Shown piece by piece: positions 37,457-47,481 of a stretch of 64,000 bases of DNA. Every line of letters begins with the position of its first letter. Within the stretch, counting starts at the first letter, position 1. The notes under the pieces are model-generated. The model did not search any database. It worked only from the letters and a program-made list of their open reading frames with translations, and was not told where the DNA came from. The position numbers and the translations under genes are program-made. The DNA lies in the IMG/VR virus record IMGVR_UViG_3300025133_009608, positions 62,001 to 126,000 of that record; one strand, given 5' to 3'.

Positions 37457-38655
37457 TATTCGCTCTTTGACTTGCAGATCATTGTCAACTTTTTATCGTT
37501 ATCGAATACTATGTTTGCAGCCTCCATTATCGACTCTGGCGTAACCAAAGAAAGAGATGCCATATAGCTCTCGATCGATGGTAGTCCGATCAGCTTCTCT
37601 CTCATTCTGTACTGAGCCATGCCAGAAGCGCTCTCAATCAATCCGTAAGAAGATGCTCTCATTTTATTCTTTGCTCTTTGCAACTCTTCATCAGATATTC
37701 TCGTTGTCTTGATCTTCTCTACCTCGTCTGATATAACTGATAGCATTTCATCTACATTCTCCCCCCGAGTAGACCCGCTAATCAAGGAGAGGGAGCCTCG
37801 CTCCCATTCGTTTAGAGATGAAGATATTCCATAAACAAGTCCTCTTTTTTCTCTTACCTCTGTAAAGAGTCGGCTATCCATCCCTCCTCCGAGAACTGAC
37901 ATTAAAAGCCTAGTCGCCGGAATGTGGTCAGACCCTCGGTTTACTCCGGGGGTTCCTATCCAAACATAGGTATGCTCTAGTCCCGGCCTATTAATCTCGG
38001 CCACTTCGGAGCTAGAATACGAAGAGTCGGCATAATTAAAGCGCCGGGAAACCTTTCCGTTCTCTTTTCCAAAGTGCTTCTCCATAAGAAGATTTGCCTT
38101 TTCCTCGGAAAGATTAGAGCAAAGAGAAACAACCGCATCTCTTTTCTTGCAATATTCCTTGTGAAAGGCATCAACCTCATCTCTAGTAAACTTGCTAATT
38201 GTTTCCTGCGTTCCAATGACTGGCGTGCCGATATAATTGTCAAAAAACTTGTCGGAAAACTTATTCCAGATGTATGAATAATGATTATCTAATCTTGAGA
38301 TTTCCTCTTCCTTCACAACCTCTCTTTCTTTCAAAAACTCATCCTCTGGAAATACCGAATCAAATACTATGTTTGACATTATTTCCATTGCAACATCTAG
38401 ATTTTCGTATGGAACCGTTACGTGATATGCCACAATTTCATGAGAAGTGAAGGCATTTACAGACCCCCCTAAAAAGCCAATTTCCCTTTGAATTTCAAAT
38501 GCAGTTCTTTTGTTCGTACCCTTGAATATGCAATGCTCCAGCATATGTGCTATGCCGGGATTAAAATCCATAGATGACTCCGTTCTAGAGCCAGCATCAA
38601 AGGCTATTACAACCGTTGATAATTTGCTTTCTGTCTTGCTATATGCGTGAATCAT
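37456..38655 (-). CDS. M16 (insulinase/pitrilysin-family) zinc peptidase
   Basis: Inverted Zn motif GIAHMLEHCIFKGT, NAFTS, EREVVKEE, LGGGMDSRLFTEVREKRGLVY. Confidence 0.92.
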   Translation of the reverse strand: MIHAYSKTESKLSTVVIAFDAGSRTESSMDFNPGIAHMLEHCIFKGTNKRTAFEIQREIGFLGGSVNAFTSHEIVAYHVTVPYENLDVAMEIMSNIVFDSVFPEDEFLKEREVVKEEEISRLDNHYSYIWNKFSDKFFDNYIGTPVIGTQETISKFTRDEVDAFHKEYCKKRDAVVSLCSNLSEEKANLLMEKHFGKENGKVSRRFNYADSSYSSSEVAEINRPGLEHTYVWIGTPGVNRGSDHIPATRLLMSVLGGGMDSRLFTEVREKRGLVYGISSSLNEWERGSLSLISGSTRGENVDEMLSVISDEVEKIKTTRISDEELQRAKNKMRASSYGLIESASGMAQYRMREKLIGLPSIESYMASLSLVTPESIMEAANIVFDNDKKLTMICKSKSE

Positions 38656-38702
38656 TTGGTTCCTAAAAAAATGGCGACCAATTAACTGATCGCCATCATA
38701 TC

Positions 38703-39911
38703 TTACTTCTTTTTCTGTTCGATTACTACTTTCTTTCCGTATGGAAACTCAACTCCTCGGTCTTGATCGCAAACCGCCCACAACATTCTATACTTGGGCT
38801 TCTCTGGAAATGCGGCATACCCATCCGTAAAGATGACTAGTCCATCATAGTTCTTTTCCTCTGCAAGCTCCATTACCGGATGAAAACAAGTTCCGCCCCG
38901 ACCTACGATGTCAATCTTAGAAGCCTTTTTGGAGTACTCCTTTGGCTCTCCATAGATCTTGGTATCGAACTGAATGAAGTCGGCCTTTACGTGATCGATC
39001 ATCCCATTCAATTCTGTGGCGAAATATGAAAGTTGCTCGTCTGAAACTGATCCTGATGTATCAAATGCAATCAGAAGTCTACTAGTATAGTTTCTCTTAC
39101 TTCCCGGAGAAGTAACTCCATATCGCCTATTGGGGCGCATTCTTGTGTTCCTTCTCCCCATCATTACAAGCTTGTTGATAAAGTATCTAACTTCCTTCTT
39201 CCAATTGACAACCGGCTTGTTGGCCGCGATAATTTGAGCCGCAAGGTTACCAGAGATATTTCCCCAGCCCTTCTTCTCCTGCTCTTTAATCGCCTTCTCT
39301 GCGATATTTCGAACCTTTTCCTCTACAATGTCGTCTTCAAAATCTTCCCACATAGAGTGGTCATCGACAGTATCCCCCTTGCCTTCGATTACCTTTTCGA
39401 AGTCATTGTCCTCGCCTGCTTCTTTCTTCAGGCTTTCGTAATAAAACTCAGCAGACTCGTTGTTATTAAGATCGAACTGCTTTGGATAAAGCGCCCCGTC
39501 AGGAAGCCCTTCGATGTGACAGTTAATCGCCAAGTCTGCCGCAATATTATATCCACGAAAGTTATATGCAAAATGCTTTGCGCGAGTAAGGTGGTGAAGT
39601 AATACATGCAATGCCTCATGCTTCAATACTCCCCTAAGCTCAGTGGACGAAAGACCTTCGATAAACTCTGGATTATAATATAGCGCCAAGTCTACTCGCC
39701 GAATCACTCCGACCGCCATCGTAGGGATCTTTTTTGATTCGCGCTTATTAAGATGGAGGAATACCTCTCCATATAGTGGCTGAAAACATACAAGTTTTGA
39801 GATTGCAGATTCTAGCTTTGCTTTAATTTGTGAGTTTGCCATGATAATATCCTTTTCGACCTGGTTGGAAGTGTGAGGCATCTGTAACCCATGCCTCCCT
39901 GCGGTTTGCAA
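38703..39911 (-). CDS. Metallopeptidase-like (HExxH) plus VWA domain protein (DUF2201-like); likely start at MANSQIK
   Basis: LKHEALHVLL.H, NIAADLAIN, MIDAS DTSGSVS, GRGGTCF, LVIFTDGY. Confidence 0.8.
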   Translation of the reverse strand: MQTAGRHGLQMPHTSNQVEKDIIMANSQIKAKLESAISKLVCFQPLYGEVFLHLNKRESKKIPTMAVGVIRRVDLALYYNPEFIEGLSSTELRGVLKHEALHVLLHHLTRAKHFAYNFRGYNIAADLAINCHIEGLPDGALYPKQFDLNNNESAEFYYESLKKEAGEDNDFEKVIEGKGDTVDDHSMWEDFEDDIVEEKVRNIAEKAIKEQEKKGWGNISGNLAAQIIAANKPVVNWKKEVRYFINKLVMMGRRNTRMRPNRRYGVTSPGSKRNYTSRLLIAFDTSGSVSDEQLSYFATELNGMIDHVKADFIQFDTKIYGEPKEYSKKASKIDIVGRGGTCFHPVMELAEEKNYDGLVIFTDGYAAFPEKPKYRMLWAVCDQDRGVEFPYGKKVVIEQKKK

Positions 39912-39915
39912 CTAA

Positions 39916-40992
39916 CTAGTTAGTAAGATAGATTTGCTTCAAGTGCTCGCGGAAATCTTCATCTCCCTGCCACTCCATCACAATCTTCTTTGTCTTTGCG
40001 CCGCTAAGTAGCGCAACCCAAGACTGTGATGCAACATCGTTTGGAAGCATCATAAAGAACTCCCGAAGAGCCTCACGTTGCTTTGTCTTGGTCTTAGTAA
40101 GCGAACGACCGTTAACCTCTGCAACTACTGACCTTGCAAGCGCCGCGATAACCTCAATGTCATTGCAAGCACTCTCGATCTTTGGCTTGGTCTTTTCGAA
40201 GTTATCGAGAACATCTTCTGGCCGCAACTGAGAGAATTCATTCTCTACAAACTTCTGGAACATTACGGCGATCTCTCGGCCAAGCCATCCTTTTGCAACT
40301 TGTGTTAGCATTCCATCGTCTTTAGATTCAATGAGGCTCATCCCCATGATCGAATCGCTAAAAGCAACCCAGCTTCGACGCGAAGGATAAATACGGCCCG
40401 CTTCAAGGTTCCCGACTGGTGGGTCTAGAAGGTTTTGGTTTCGATTAATGAACTCAATACAAGTTGCATGAACCCCTTCTTCTCGCGCCCAGTCAAGCCA
40501 CTCTGTTGCAGATGGATCAAAGTCAACGTGAAACCATCGATCATGAAGTGCGGGATCTAGCTCGACCACATCATATTCATCGTCAGAGTTTACAGCCGCG
40601 ACTACTCGCCAGCCATCGGGAAGCTTTTGTCCATCCAATCGTCTGTCCAAGCAAATCTCAAAGACGGCTTGCAAGACATCTTTGGATGCCCGATTAAGCT
40701 CATCAAAAAACAGGATTCCGTGACTATCGGGATCTGTTGGCCACCACTCTTGCTTTAGAAAGCGAGTAACTCCATTTTCCGCGTCAAGGTGTGGCATACC
40801 TTTAATGTCACCAACCTCGCACTGAGAGAGGCGAACGTCCCAAAAGCCATAATCATTTCCACTCTCAGCGGAAAGCTCGTCGGCAGTTTGACGTACAACG
40901 CTGGACTTTCCAACCCCATGTTTTGCATGGAGCATAATGGACTTATCCGATGGCATTGTCTTTAGAACAGACTTTGTTTGTGCAATATTCAT
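39916..40992 (-). CDS. MoxR-like AAA+ ATPase
   Basis: HGVGKS, LFFDELNRA, VVAAVN, LDPALHDRW, PSRRSW; adjacent to the VWA gene. Confidence 0.85.
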   Translation of the reverse strand: MNIAQTKSVLKTMPSDKSIMLHAKHGVGKSSVVRQTADELSAESGNDYGFWDVRLSQCEVGDIKGMPHLDAENGVTRFLKQEWWPTDPDSHGILFFDELNRASKDVLQAVFEICLDRRLDGQKLPDGWRVVAAVNSDDEYDVVELDPALHDRWFHVDFDPSATEWLDWAREEGVHATCIEFINRNQNLLDPPVGNLEAGRIYPSRRSWVAFSDSIMGMSLIESKDDGMLTQVAKGWLGREIAVMFQKFVENEFSQLRPEDVLDNFEKTKPKIESACNDIEVIAALARSVVAEVNGRSLTKTKTKQREALREFFMMLPNDVASQSWVALLSGAKTKKIVMEWQGDEDFREHLKQIYLTN

Positions 40993-41028
40993 TTTAATTA
41001 TTCCTTGTTCAAATTATTTAGCAGTTGC

Positions 41029-41050
41029 CTGAGCAGGGCGACCCGCTCAG
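41029..41050 (-). other. 9-bp stem-loop at the predicted 5' end of the MoxR transcript
   Basis: CUGAGCGGG-UCGC-CCUGCUCAG, starting 7 nt after the conserved element at 41057. Confidence 0.45.
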
Positions 41051-41056
41051 ATAGGT

Positions 41057-41085
41057 ATAATAAATCGATATTATTTATATCAAAA
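41057..41085 (-). promoter_or_regulatory. Conserved 29-bp element, copy 1
   Basis: Plus strand ATAATAAATCGATATTATTTATATCAAAA; 28/29 to consensus; upstream of the MoxR gene. Confidence 0.8.
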
Positions 41086-41089
41086 TTTT

Positions 41090-41440
41090 CTATTTCTTCT
41101 CATTACTCGGTGGTAACGGGTTTTCATTTAGCCTTGTGTTTATATCTTGCAATCTTTCTCTAAGACCCTTAAAGGAGTCAATCATAGATCCAAGATCCTG
41201 ATCTCCACCAATAGTGGCTCCGGCCCCAATAGCGCCACCAAAGCTTCCTATAATATCCTTTACTTGATCCATCTTTTCTGGAGTAAGCATTTCATCTACA
41301 CTTGAAAACTCCTTTGTTATATCGGATAGCTTATCTATCTTTTCTCCCATGTCATCGATCTTAGATTCCATTCGATCTAGTCGCTCTAAAATATCCGAAT
41401 ATGATACACAGTCGTCGTTATTTTTCATTTGTTTTTCCAT
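41090..41440 (-). CDS. Hypothetical protein
   Basis: 116-aa helical ORF coupled to the upstream gene. Confidence 0.55.
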   Translation of the reverse strand: MEKQMKNNDDCVSYSDILERLDRMESKIDDMGEKIDKLSDITKEFSSVDEMLTPEKMDQVKDIIGSFGGAIGAGATIGGDQDLGSMIDSFKGLRERLQDINTRLNENPLPPSNEKK

Positions 41441-42511
41441 TTACTTTCTAGTTCCGTAGGCATGAGACTCTGCGAGCCCCGCGTTTGTTATCTTCATAAA
41501 AGAAGCGTTTTCTCTCAGCTCGCTAATAGTCACTGCATTCGCATAACTCATTCCAGATCGAAGCCCTCCCATGAATTCGTCAAGAATATATTTAGCCTTG
41601 CCTTTCACCGGGATATGTGTCGACACTCCCTCGGCGCAAGTCCCCGGCTTCAGCCCTCCTCTTTTATCTTCTTGAATCTCTCTACTTGCAGCGCCACGAT
41701 AGACCTTCATTTTTCTTCCGTCTATATTCACAATGTCACCGGGAGACTCTATCGTTCCAGCAAAAAGCCCTCCAGCCATGATTGCATCGGCTCCAGCTAC
41801 TATGCTCTTAATCATATCTGACGGATACCTTATCCCTCCATCTGCAATTATAGATACATCTTTATAAGATGTATTTTCGGCCCTTGCTCTTTGGCAATCA
41901 ACAATTGTTGATAGCAATGGAACTCCAAACCCCGTCATTATCCGCGTTGAGCAAATCGCTCCAGACCCGATTGACGCCCTAACCGCATTGGCCCCCGCAT
42001 CTGCCAAGTAAGCAAACCCATCGCCGGTTGCTACATTCCCGGCCATTATTTGGTAATTAGAATTATCTTTAATAAACTCAATCATTTCCTTCATCAGTAT
42101 TGAGTGACCATTTGCAATATCAATAGCAACCCAATCAATTATCGAGCCTATTTCATTTTTTAGCGACAAGAACCTTTCTCGACCCTCTCTTCCCACTCCA
42201 ACTGCCGCTACAACTGGGGCTTCATCGGAATGCTCTGATACTTGCCTCAGTGAGGCAATCTGCTCCCCCGTAGAACTAAACCTATGAACAACCCCCATTG
42301 CCCCATGAGAGCCAAGCTCAGAGGCCATTAACGGCCCCGTAACAGTATCCATAGGAGAGGATATCATTGGAACCTCCAACTTGGTGTTTCCAATGAAAGT
42401 TGCAGTGTCAGGAGAGAGTCTGGATCTCACTTCTGAATATGTCGGAACAAGCAAAACATCATCAAATGATAGTCCAGCATTCCAGATAAAGGAGTTCTTT
42501 GAGTTACTCAT
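41441..42511 (-). CDS. IMPDH/GMP-reductase family enzyme without CBS domains, leaning GMP reductase
   Basis: [31 protein letters not shown], catalytic [40 protein letters not shown]; no Arg-Tyr flap dyad seen. Confidence 0.85.
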   Translation of the reverse strand: MSNSKNSFIWNAGLSFDDVLLVPTYSEVRSRLSPDTATFIGNTKLEVPMISSPMDTVTGPLMASELGSHGAMGVVHRFSSTGEQIASLRQVSEHSDEAPVVAAVGVGREGRERFLSLKNEIGSIIDWVAIDIANGHSILMKEMIEFIKDNSNYQIMAGNVATGDGFAYLADAGANAVRASIGSGAICSTRIMTGFGVPLLSTIVDCQRARAENTSYKDVSIIADGGIRYPSDMIKSIVAGADAIMAGGLFAGTIESPGDIVNIDGRKMKVYRGAASREIQEDKRGGLKPGTCAEGVSTHIPVKGKAKYILDEFMGGLRSGMSYANAVTISELRENASFMKITNAGLAESHAYGTRK

Positions 42512-43150
42512 CTAATTCCTATTTGAATAAAAGTTTTGGAATTCTCTAGCGAATTCTTCAGATTTGCCATAAAATCGAAGATTGAGGCAAAACTTATCGA
42601 ACAGGTAGTGTGAAGCCTCATGTGCGATTAGCAGCTCATTATTTCTAGAGCCCCTGTCCGTTAGGAATATCGCCGACTGATTTGGATCAGATGGAATCCC
42701 ATCGTAAAGTCCAAAAAGATTGAACGCCGCCAAATTTCCAACCCCAGCAGAAGATCCCCACTGGTTAAACCTATTGTGATCGTTCAACACATTAGATGAT
42801 ACATGGTATATATCAAGGCTCAAATTCGGCCTACACTCAACTATTCTTACGCCTCTCCTCTCAAGGAATACCACATATTCTGCTATAGTTCTTTGTAAAA
42901 CATTATTCAACAATGTTGATGAGAACGCCCCAGAAGATGCGTAACTCTGACTCTGATGATATAAAGAGTACCTGACTGAGTGGCTTCTGGTCGCCACAGA
43001 GTGATTTCCAGATGAAACAAAGTTTATATCAGAGGTTCCTCGATATGGAAACGCCTCAGAGCCTCCGGGGGCCAGCAATATTAGGGAGATTAATAATCCT
43101 TTAAGTATTTTGCTCATCCGTTTCTCTCCTGTTGTCGCGACGTTTTCCAC
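42512..43150 (-). CDS. Exported protein with HExxH metalloprotease-like motif (likely start MSKILKG)
   Basis: Signal-peptide-like MSKILKGLLISLILLAPGGSEA; LIAHEASHY. Confidence 0.55.
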   Translation of the reverse strand: MENVATTGEKRMSKILKGLLISLILLAPGGSEAFPYRGTSDINFVSSGNHSVATRSHSVRYSLYHQSQSYASSGAFSSTLLNNVLQRTIAEYVVFLERRGVRIVECRPNLSLDIYHVSSNVLNDHNRFNQWGSSAGVGNLAAFNLFGLYDGIPSDPNQSAIFLTDRGSRNNELLIAHEASHYLFDKFCLNLRFYGKSEEFAREFQNFYSNRN

Positions 43151-43301
43151 GGAGAATTTGAACCTCTAAGTCTGGGTTCAAGTCAATCATTCCAACATGA
43201 TTTCTTGGAACCCCGCGATGTTCCCAGTGTGTTTTTGTCACCTTGTTGTATACTTTAATGTTTAAAGTATTTCTTTCATTTCTGCGTCGGTTATCTACCA
43301 T
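43101..43301 (-). CDS. Small hypothetical protein
   Basis: 66-aa co-oriented ORF. Confidence 0.4.
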   Translation of the reverse strand: MVDNRRRNERNTLNIKVYNKVTKTHWEHRGVPRNHVGMIDLNPDLEVQILRGKRRDNRRETDEQNT

Positions 43302-43308
43302 GATCTTC

Positions 43309-44283
43309 CTATTCTAGTTCTTCGATTATTTTATTTAGCCGTCGTGAAAGATTGGGATGCTGAGAAGCCGCAGGGATCAGCCATGGAAGGTTGTTTTTTG
43401 AAAAAACTCCCATTAGACCCTCTACTACTTCGTAGTCTCCCGTATCCACAAAAAGCATAAGCCGCTGCTCAATTTTGGCAATCTCTTTCTTGTTATCATT
43501 TAAGATAATAAGCTGGGCAGGATTTAGGTCGCGCTCCTTTGTCCAATATCCAAATGGATATCTAAGCTGATTCACTCTGGCTACAAAGTTATTAATGAGG
43601 GTTCTTTTCATTGTCTTTGTTCCCCTCTTTGCAACATGAGCCAGTATGTCGGGCGAAACAGCGTTTCTGTCAGACGCTTTTCTGATAATAGAATTCCTTT
43701 CCGAAACGGCGCCTTTCTTTCTGCTTATCCTGTTCCATAGATAATTATAGAAACTAGGATCTTCAGAAGTACTGCTCCCAACGGACTCCCACATGCGATA
43801 TGTTCGAACACTCTGATCTGTCAGGCCATGCCTTGAGATCTCTGAAAGATAATCAAAATCAGTTATTGACCTTGAAATCTCCGCTCTAAGCCGATTTGAT
43901 TCGATCTCAAGATCGACTGAGATGGAGTTATAAATTTTATTGATAATGAATGCTTTTACACTTGGAGTTAACCCTGGAATGTCATCTGAGTTACATCTCA
44001 ATACCTGAGACAAGAGTGCGTCCCTTGCTTCAGGGAGCTGCTCCCACAGGTAGGTGAAGTTTTCTCCGGTCAAAATCTTGAACTCCCCGGAGTTATAATA
44101 ATAACTCCGAGAACAGTCCGCCGTTACTGCCGACTTAACTGCCAACTCATAAAAGGCCTCATCTGGAGTCCAGTTTGAGTGTAGCGAAATTAAATTTAAA
44201 ATATCAACTCTTGAATTTTCTTTTGCCTCTTCCATCTTTACTCTCCCGAGTCCAATCGTGCTTGAAGTCTTTTTGCTATCCAC
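43309..44283 (-). CDS. Helical-repeat (HEAT-like) family protein A
   Basis: C-terminal EQRLMLFVDTGDYEVVEGL...LPWLI similar to the 53606 gene. Confidence 0.55.
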   Translation of the reverse strand: MDSKKTSSTIGLGRVKMEEAKENSRVDILNLISLHSNWTPDEAFYELAVKSAVTADCSRSYYYNSGEFKILTGENFTYLWEQLPEARDALLSQVLRCNSDDIPGLTPSVKAFIINKIYNSISVDLEIESNRLRAEISRSITDFDYLSEISRHGLTDQSVRTYRMWESVGSSTSEDPSFYNYLWNRISRKKGAVSERNSIIRKASDRNAVSPDILAHVAKRGTKTMKRTLINNFVARVNQLRYPFGYWTKERDLNPAQLIILNDNKKEIAKIEQRLMLFVDTGDYEVVEGLMGVFSKNNLPWLIPAASQHPNLSRRLNKIIEELE

Positions 44284-45008
44284 TTGTTTTTCATATTCCT
44301 ATTGCCAAGAAGCATAGGGATGCTGGAAATATTTATCTTGTCTATAAGAACCGAGAATACCGCTCCAGATATTTCTTTTGTCATTTTTGACAACCTTGAG
44401 TATCCCATTGGAGCCAAGTGAACCGCCTGTACTCTAATGTCTTTTGTTTTATCATCTAGCATTTCATCCAGACACTCTACCGTTCCAAGCCTTGAGAACA
44501 CAACCTCTCTTATCTTTGCATCCTTACTTCTCCTTAGCTGCCTCAAGGTATCAATAGTGCAGTATTGAGCCGCAAATAACTGCGCTGGGCCATTAAGATT
44601 TAGGGCGACATCATTTAGGATCGATATATCTTCATATGAAGATGAACGCAGAAGAGATTCAATCATAGTGCCGTAGTTAAAGCTATATCTGCCGGATGAT
44701 GTTTCTGCCTCATTCTCTATTGCCATCTTGATGACTCTGGAGCCAAGTCTCGGATTTGATTTGGCGATAGCCGCGAAAGCCATCTTCGAATACCAATCAT
44801 TTTGTCCCGAAAGAAATGCCCTAGAAAACAACTCTTCGCTTGAAAGAATCTGAAGAAGCGCCTCCTCTTCTGTTTCTGAAAAGATAAAATTTGTCTTCGA
44901 ATAACTTCCAGACCTATAGTTGGCCTCTATGAGCTTTATTCCATTATTTATCTTATCGATTGTGTCGTTTATTTGTTCCGTCATCATATTCAACTCCAAT
45001 AAATTCAT
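44238..45008 (-). CDS. Helical-repeat (HEAT-like) family protein B
   Basis: RSKDAKIR...SRLGTVECLDEMLDDKTKDIR, similar to the 59446 gene. Confidence 0.6.
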   Translation of the reverse strand: MNLLELNMMTEQINDTIDKINNGIKLIEANYRSGSYSKTNFIFSETEEEALLQILSSEELFSRAFLSGQNDWYSKMAFAAIAKSNPRLGSRVIKMAIENEAETSSGRYSFNYGTMIESLLRSSSYEDISILNDVALNLNGPAQLFAAQYCTIDTLRQLRRSKDAKIREVVFSRLGTVECLDEMLDDKTKDIRVQAVHLAPMGYSRLSKMTKEISGAVFSVLIDKINISSIPMLLGNRNMKNKWIAKRLQARLDSGE

Positions 45009-45822
45009 CTATATTATCAACTCTAAATCCTGCGGCCGACCGATGCCCCCCGCCTCCAAAGCTTGAGGCAATCTCTGAAACATCAATTCCATTCTCTCTC
45101 GATCTCAAAGAAACCCTAAACCCGCTTCCATCGAAATAATAAGCCGCCGCAAATGGGCTCCCCTCTGAAAGTTGACCTGCTATTTCCGACTGGAAAAAAG
45201 ATATATTTATAGCCGGAACTTCATAGCCAGCAATATTCATCTTAAAAGAATTCTTAATTAGGCTAGCTATTAGGACATCTTTATACCTTAGAATTCCCCT
45301 TCCGGTACTCACCACCTTTGAATGAGCAGGAGAGTCGCTATCCAATAGAGAGATATGCAGGTCATCCCATGCCTCAAATGTCTTTGGATAAGAATCAATT
45401 GTGGAAAGTATTTCTCTTGAGAAGTCCAACTTCCAATTCCACAAGTCTCTATCTTCAACATGCAGAACGATCGGAGGGACGTTATCTTCTCCGAAAAGAT
45501 ACTTCCAAGAAAGATATGCTCCGGAGTGACTCATGTCAAACTCACAGAAATCCAAATCCCCCAGCTCTTTCTCCGCCGTAATATGATGGTCTATAACGAC
45601 CAATGATTTTGCGGCATCCTTCATCTTCAACAATGTAAGCCGATTATAGGAAAAATCCACAATATATACGGTCTTGCCCTCTATCGGTGGAGGTGGCTCT
45701 CCGTGCTTTGCCGGAATGTACTTGGCTTTATCCCCATACTTTTTCCAAAATGCGAAGGCAGAGCAAAACCCGTCTGGACAATTTGCATGATATAATACAA
45801 CTATATTTTTTTCTTCTTCCAC
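44953..45822 (-). CDS. DHH/DHHA1-family phosphoesterase
   Basis: YHANCPDG, YIVDFS, VIDHH, VEDRDLW, SLRS, GGGGHRSAAGF. Confidence 0.88.
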   Translation of the reverse strand: MEEEKNIVVLYHANCPDGFCSAFAFWKKYGDKAKYIPAKHGEPPPPIEGKTVYIVDFSYNRLTLLKMKDAAKSLVVIDHHITAEKELGDLDFCEFDMSHSGAYLSWKYLFGEDNVPPIVLHVEDRDLWNWKLDFSREILSTIDSYPKTFEAWDDLHISLLDSDSPAHSKVVSTGRGILRYKDVLIASLIKNSFKMNIAGYEVPAINISFFQSEIAGQLSEGSPFAAAYYFDGSGFRVSLRSRENGIDVSEIASSFGGGGHRSAAGFRVDNIDEFIGVEYDDGTNKRHNR

Positions 45823-46842
45823 TTAAATAACCTCTGGAGAGTATGAAAACAATACTTCCTTTACATTAGAGGTATTTTCCTCCAGCTTCCTTTCTATAAA
45901 TACTTTCATCTTAGCCAAGTTTAAAAACTCAATAATAGAATCATTATGGAACAACTTAAACACATTGAATTCTTCAAGTATATCGCACTTGCTTATTACA
46001 AGATGAGTCGTTCCGGTAACTTCTGCGGCATAAATTAGATTATCTAAATTCATCCAATTTACTTTCCTTCTTCTCCCGGTTGTAACTCCATATTCTTTCC
46101 CCAACTCCCCAAGCTCTGATAGCTCCGGATCATCAAGAAGGGACGCCGGGAATCTTGGATCTTCTCCTGAGCGGGTATCGTAAATTTTCGAACACCCCCA
46201 TATCTCATTAATCTTTTGAGGGGCGAATCCCAAACTGCAAGCTGCATAAGGAAGCGTTTCGCTGGAAGTTACATATGGATATAACCCATGATTTACATCA
46301 AGATAAAATCCCTGAGCACCTTCGCATAAAATGTTTCCGGAAAGTCTGCCATTCCAAATTATAGATGAATCCAAAGTTCCGTCTGCAAGTATCCCCGTTC
46401 TTGCATACTTAGAGGCATAAGCCGGAGCAATTCCTTTTGATGTTGTTCCCAACTTTGCCGCAAGGTTCTTTTTATCAAAAGCAATATGTTCGTCTGTAAC
46501 GATATGACAATTTGGATGAACCTTTACCAGAGAGGTATCAAATCCATTTTGATTTAAATAATCGATCTCTTTATAAAAAGACTCCGGATGCAGAACGCAC
46601 CCCGGCCCGATAAGGGATGTTATTCCATGGAAAACTCCGGACGGGATGAGGTGGGTTTGATACTTTTTCCCATCAAGAAATACAGTGTGTCCTGCGTTGT
46701 TTCCTCCGGCCCATCTTGCAACCATATTATAATAACTTGATCCATCAGGGCTCTTCTTTTTTGAAAGGGCAGAGGAGATTTTCCCTTTACCCTCGTCCCC
46801 CCAGCAAAGCCCAACTGCTATATCAACCGAATTAACTGTCAT
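45823..46842 (-). CDS. purA: Adenylosuccinate synthetase (short form)
   Basis: WGDEGKGK, GGNNAGHT, HLIPSG, GTTSKGIAPAY, EGAQG, YPYVTSS, GVTTGRRR. Confidence 0.93.
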   Translation of the reverse strand: MTVNSVDIAVGLCWGDEGKGKISSALSKKKSPDGSSYYNMVARWAGGNNAGHTVFLDGKKYQTHLIPSGVFHGITSLIGPGCVLHPESFYKEIDYLNQNGFDTSLVKVHPNCHIVTDEHIAFDKKNLAAKLGTTSKGIAPAYASKYARTGILADGTLDSSIIWNGRLSGNILCEGAQGFYLDVNHGLYPYVTSSETLPYAACSLGFAPQKINEIWGCSKIYDTRSGEDPRFPASLLDDPELSELGELGKEYGVTTGRRRKVNWMNLDNLIYAAEVTGTTHLVISKCDILEEFNVFKLFHNDSIIEFLNLAKMKVFIERKLEENTSNVKEVLFSYSPEVI

Positions 46843-47398
46843 CAGTTTCTCCTAAAGATTCTTGTGATTCAATCTTCTTTATTTTACTTGGGCGGCGCAG
46901 AAAAGTAATGCCCTCTTTGTGAGAAGATACTGTTGCGGTAAAAGTTATCGTATCGCCGGGACCGAAAGAATAAGCCTTTGTGGTTTTAAAGAAATACTTC
47001 CAACCATTTTGATCTGCCGCCAAAATCGCTGGCATCGGATACTGAGAGTTTCCTTTCGGGTCGCAAATCTTAACAATATTGAATGGGCCAAGATCATATC
47101 TAGTTCCCTCAAGATAGCTCGGGGTATCTAATGATATTGATGTAATTAAAGATTCTGTCCACTTGTTTATTGAGGCAATCCATTTCTCGGACAGCTTGTG
47201 CGGAGACTCTGTAATTATAGATATTGTTTTCTCGATCCAATCATTAGTCTTTCTTCCCCTCTCTCTTGCCAAAAGGGGTACGGCCATCGGATGAATCGCA
47301 TTTAGATTCTTTTCTGACAGCCGACTAATCTCTTCTTTTGATAAACGCTTTTTTCTGCGCCTCTTCTTCGGAGCATTATTGTTGAATATATTAATCAT
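46832..47398 (-). CDS. Hypothetical protein with possible C-terminal OB fold (start revised to MINIF)
   Basis: YFFKTTK..SFGPGDTITFTATVSSH...TFLRRP; ATG at 47398 lies 34 nt downstream of the conserved element. Confidence 0.55.
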   Translation of the reverse strand: MINIFNNNAPKKRRRKKRLSKEEISRLSEKNLNAIHPMAVPLLARERGRKTNDWIEKTISIITESPHKLSEKWIASINKWTESLITSISLDTPSYLEGTRYDLGPFNIVKICDPKGNSQYPMPAILAADQNGWKYFFKTTKAYSFGPGDTITFTATVSSHKEGITFLRRPSKIKKIESQESLGETDDS

Positions 47399-47431
47399 CT
47401 TAAAACAATCTCGGTTGCGGTTCAACTACCA

Positions 47432-47460
47432 ATAATGAATCGAGATTATTTATATCAAAA
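47432..47460 (-). promoter_or_regulatory. Conserved 29-bp element, copy 2
   Basis: ATAATGAATCGAGATTATTTATATCAAAA; 28/29 to consensus. Confidence 0.8.
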
Positions 47461-47481
47461 TTTAATGACGATGATTATATT

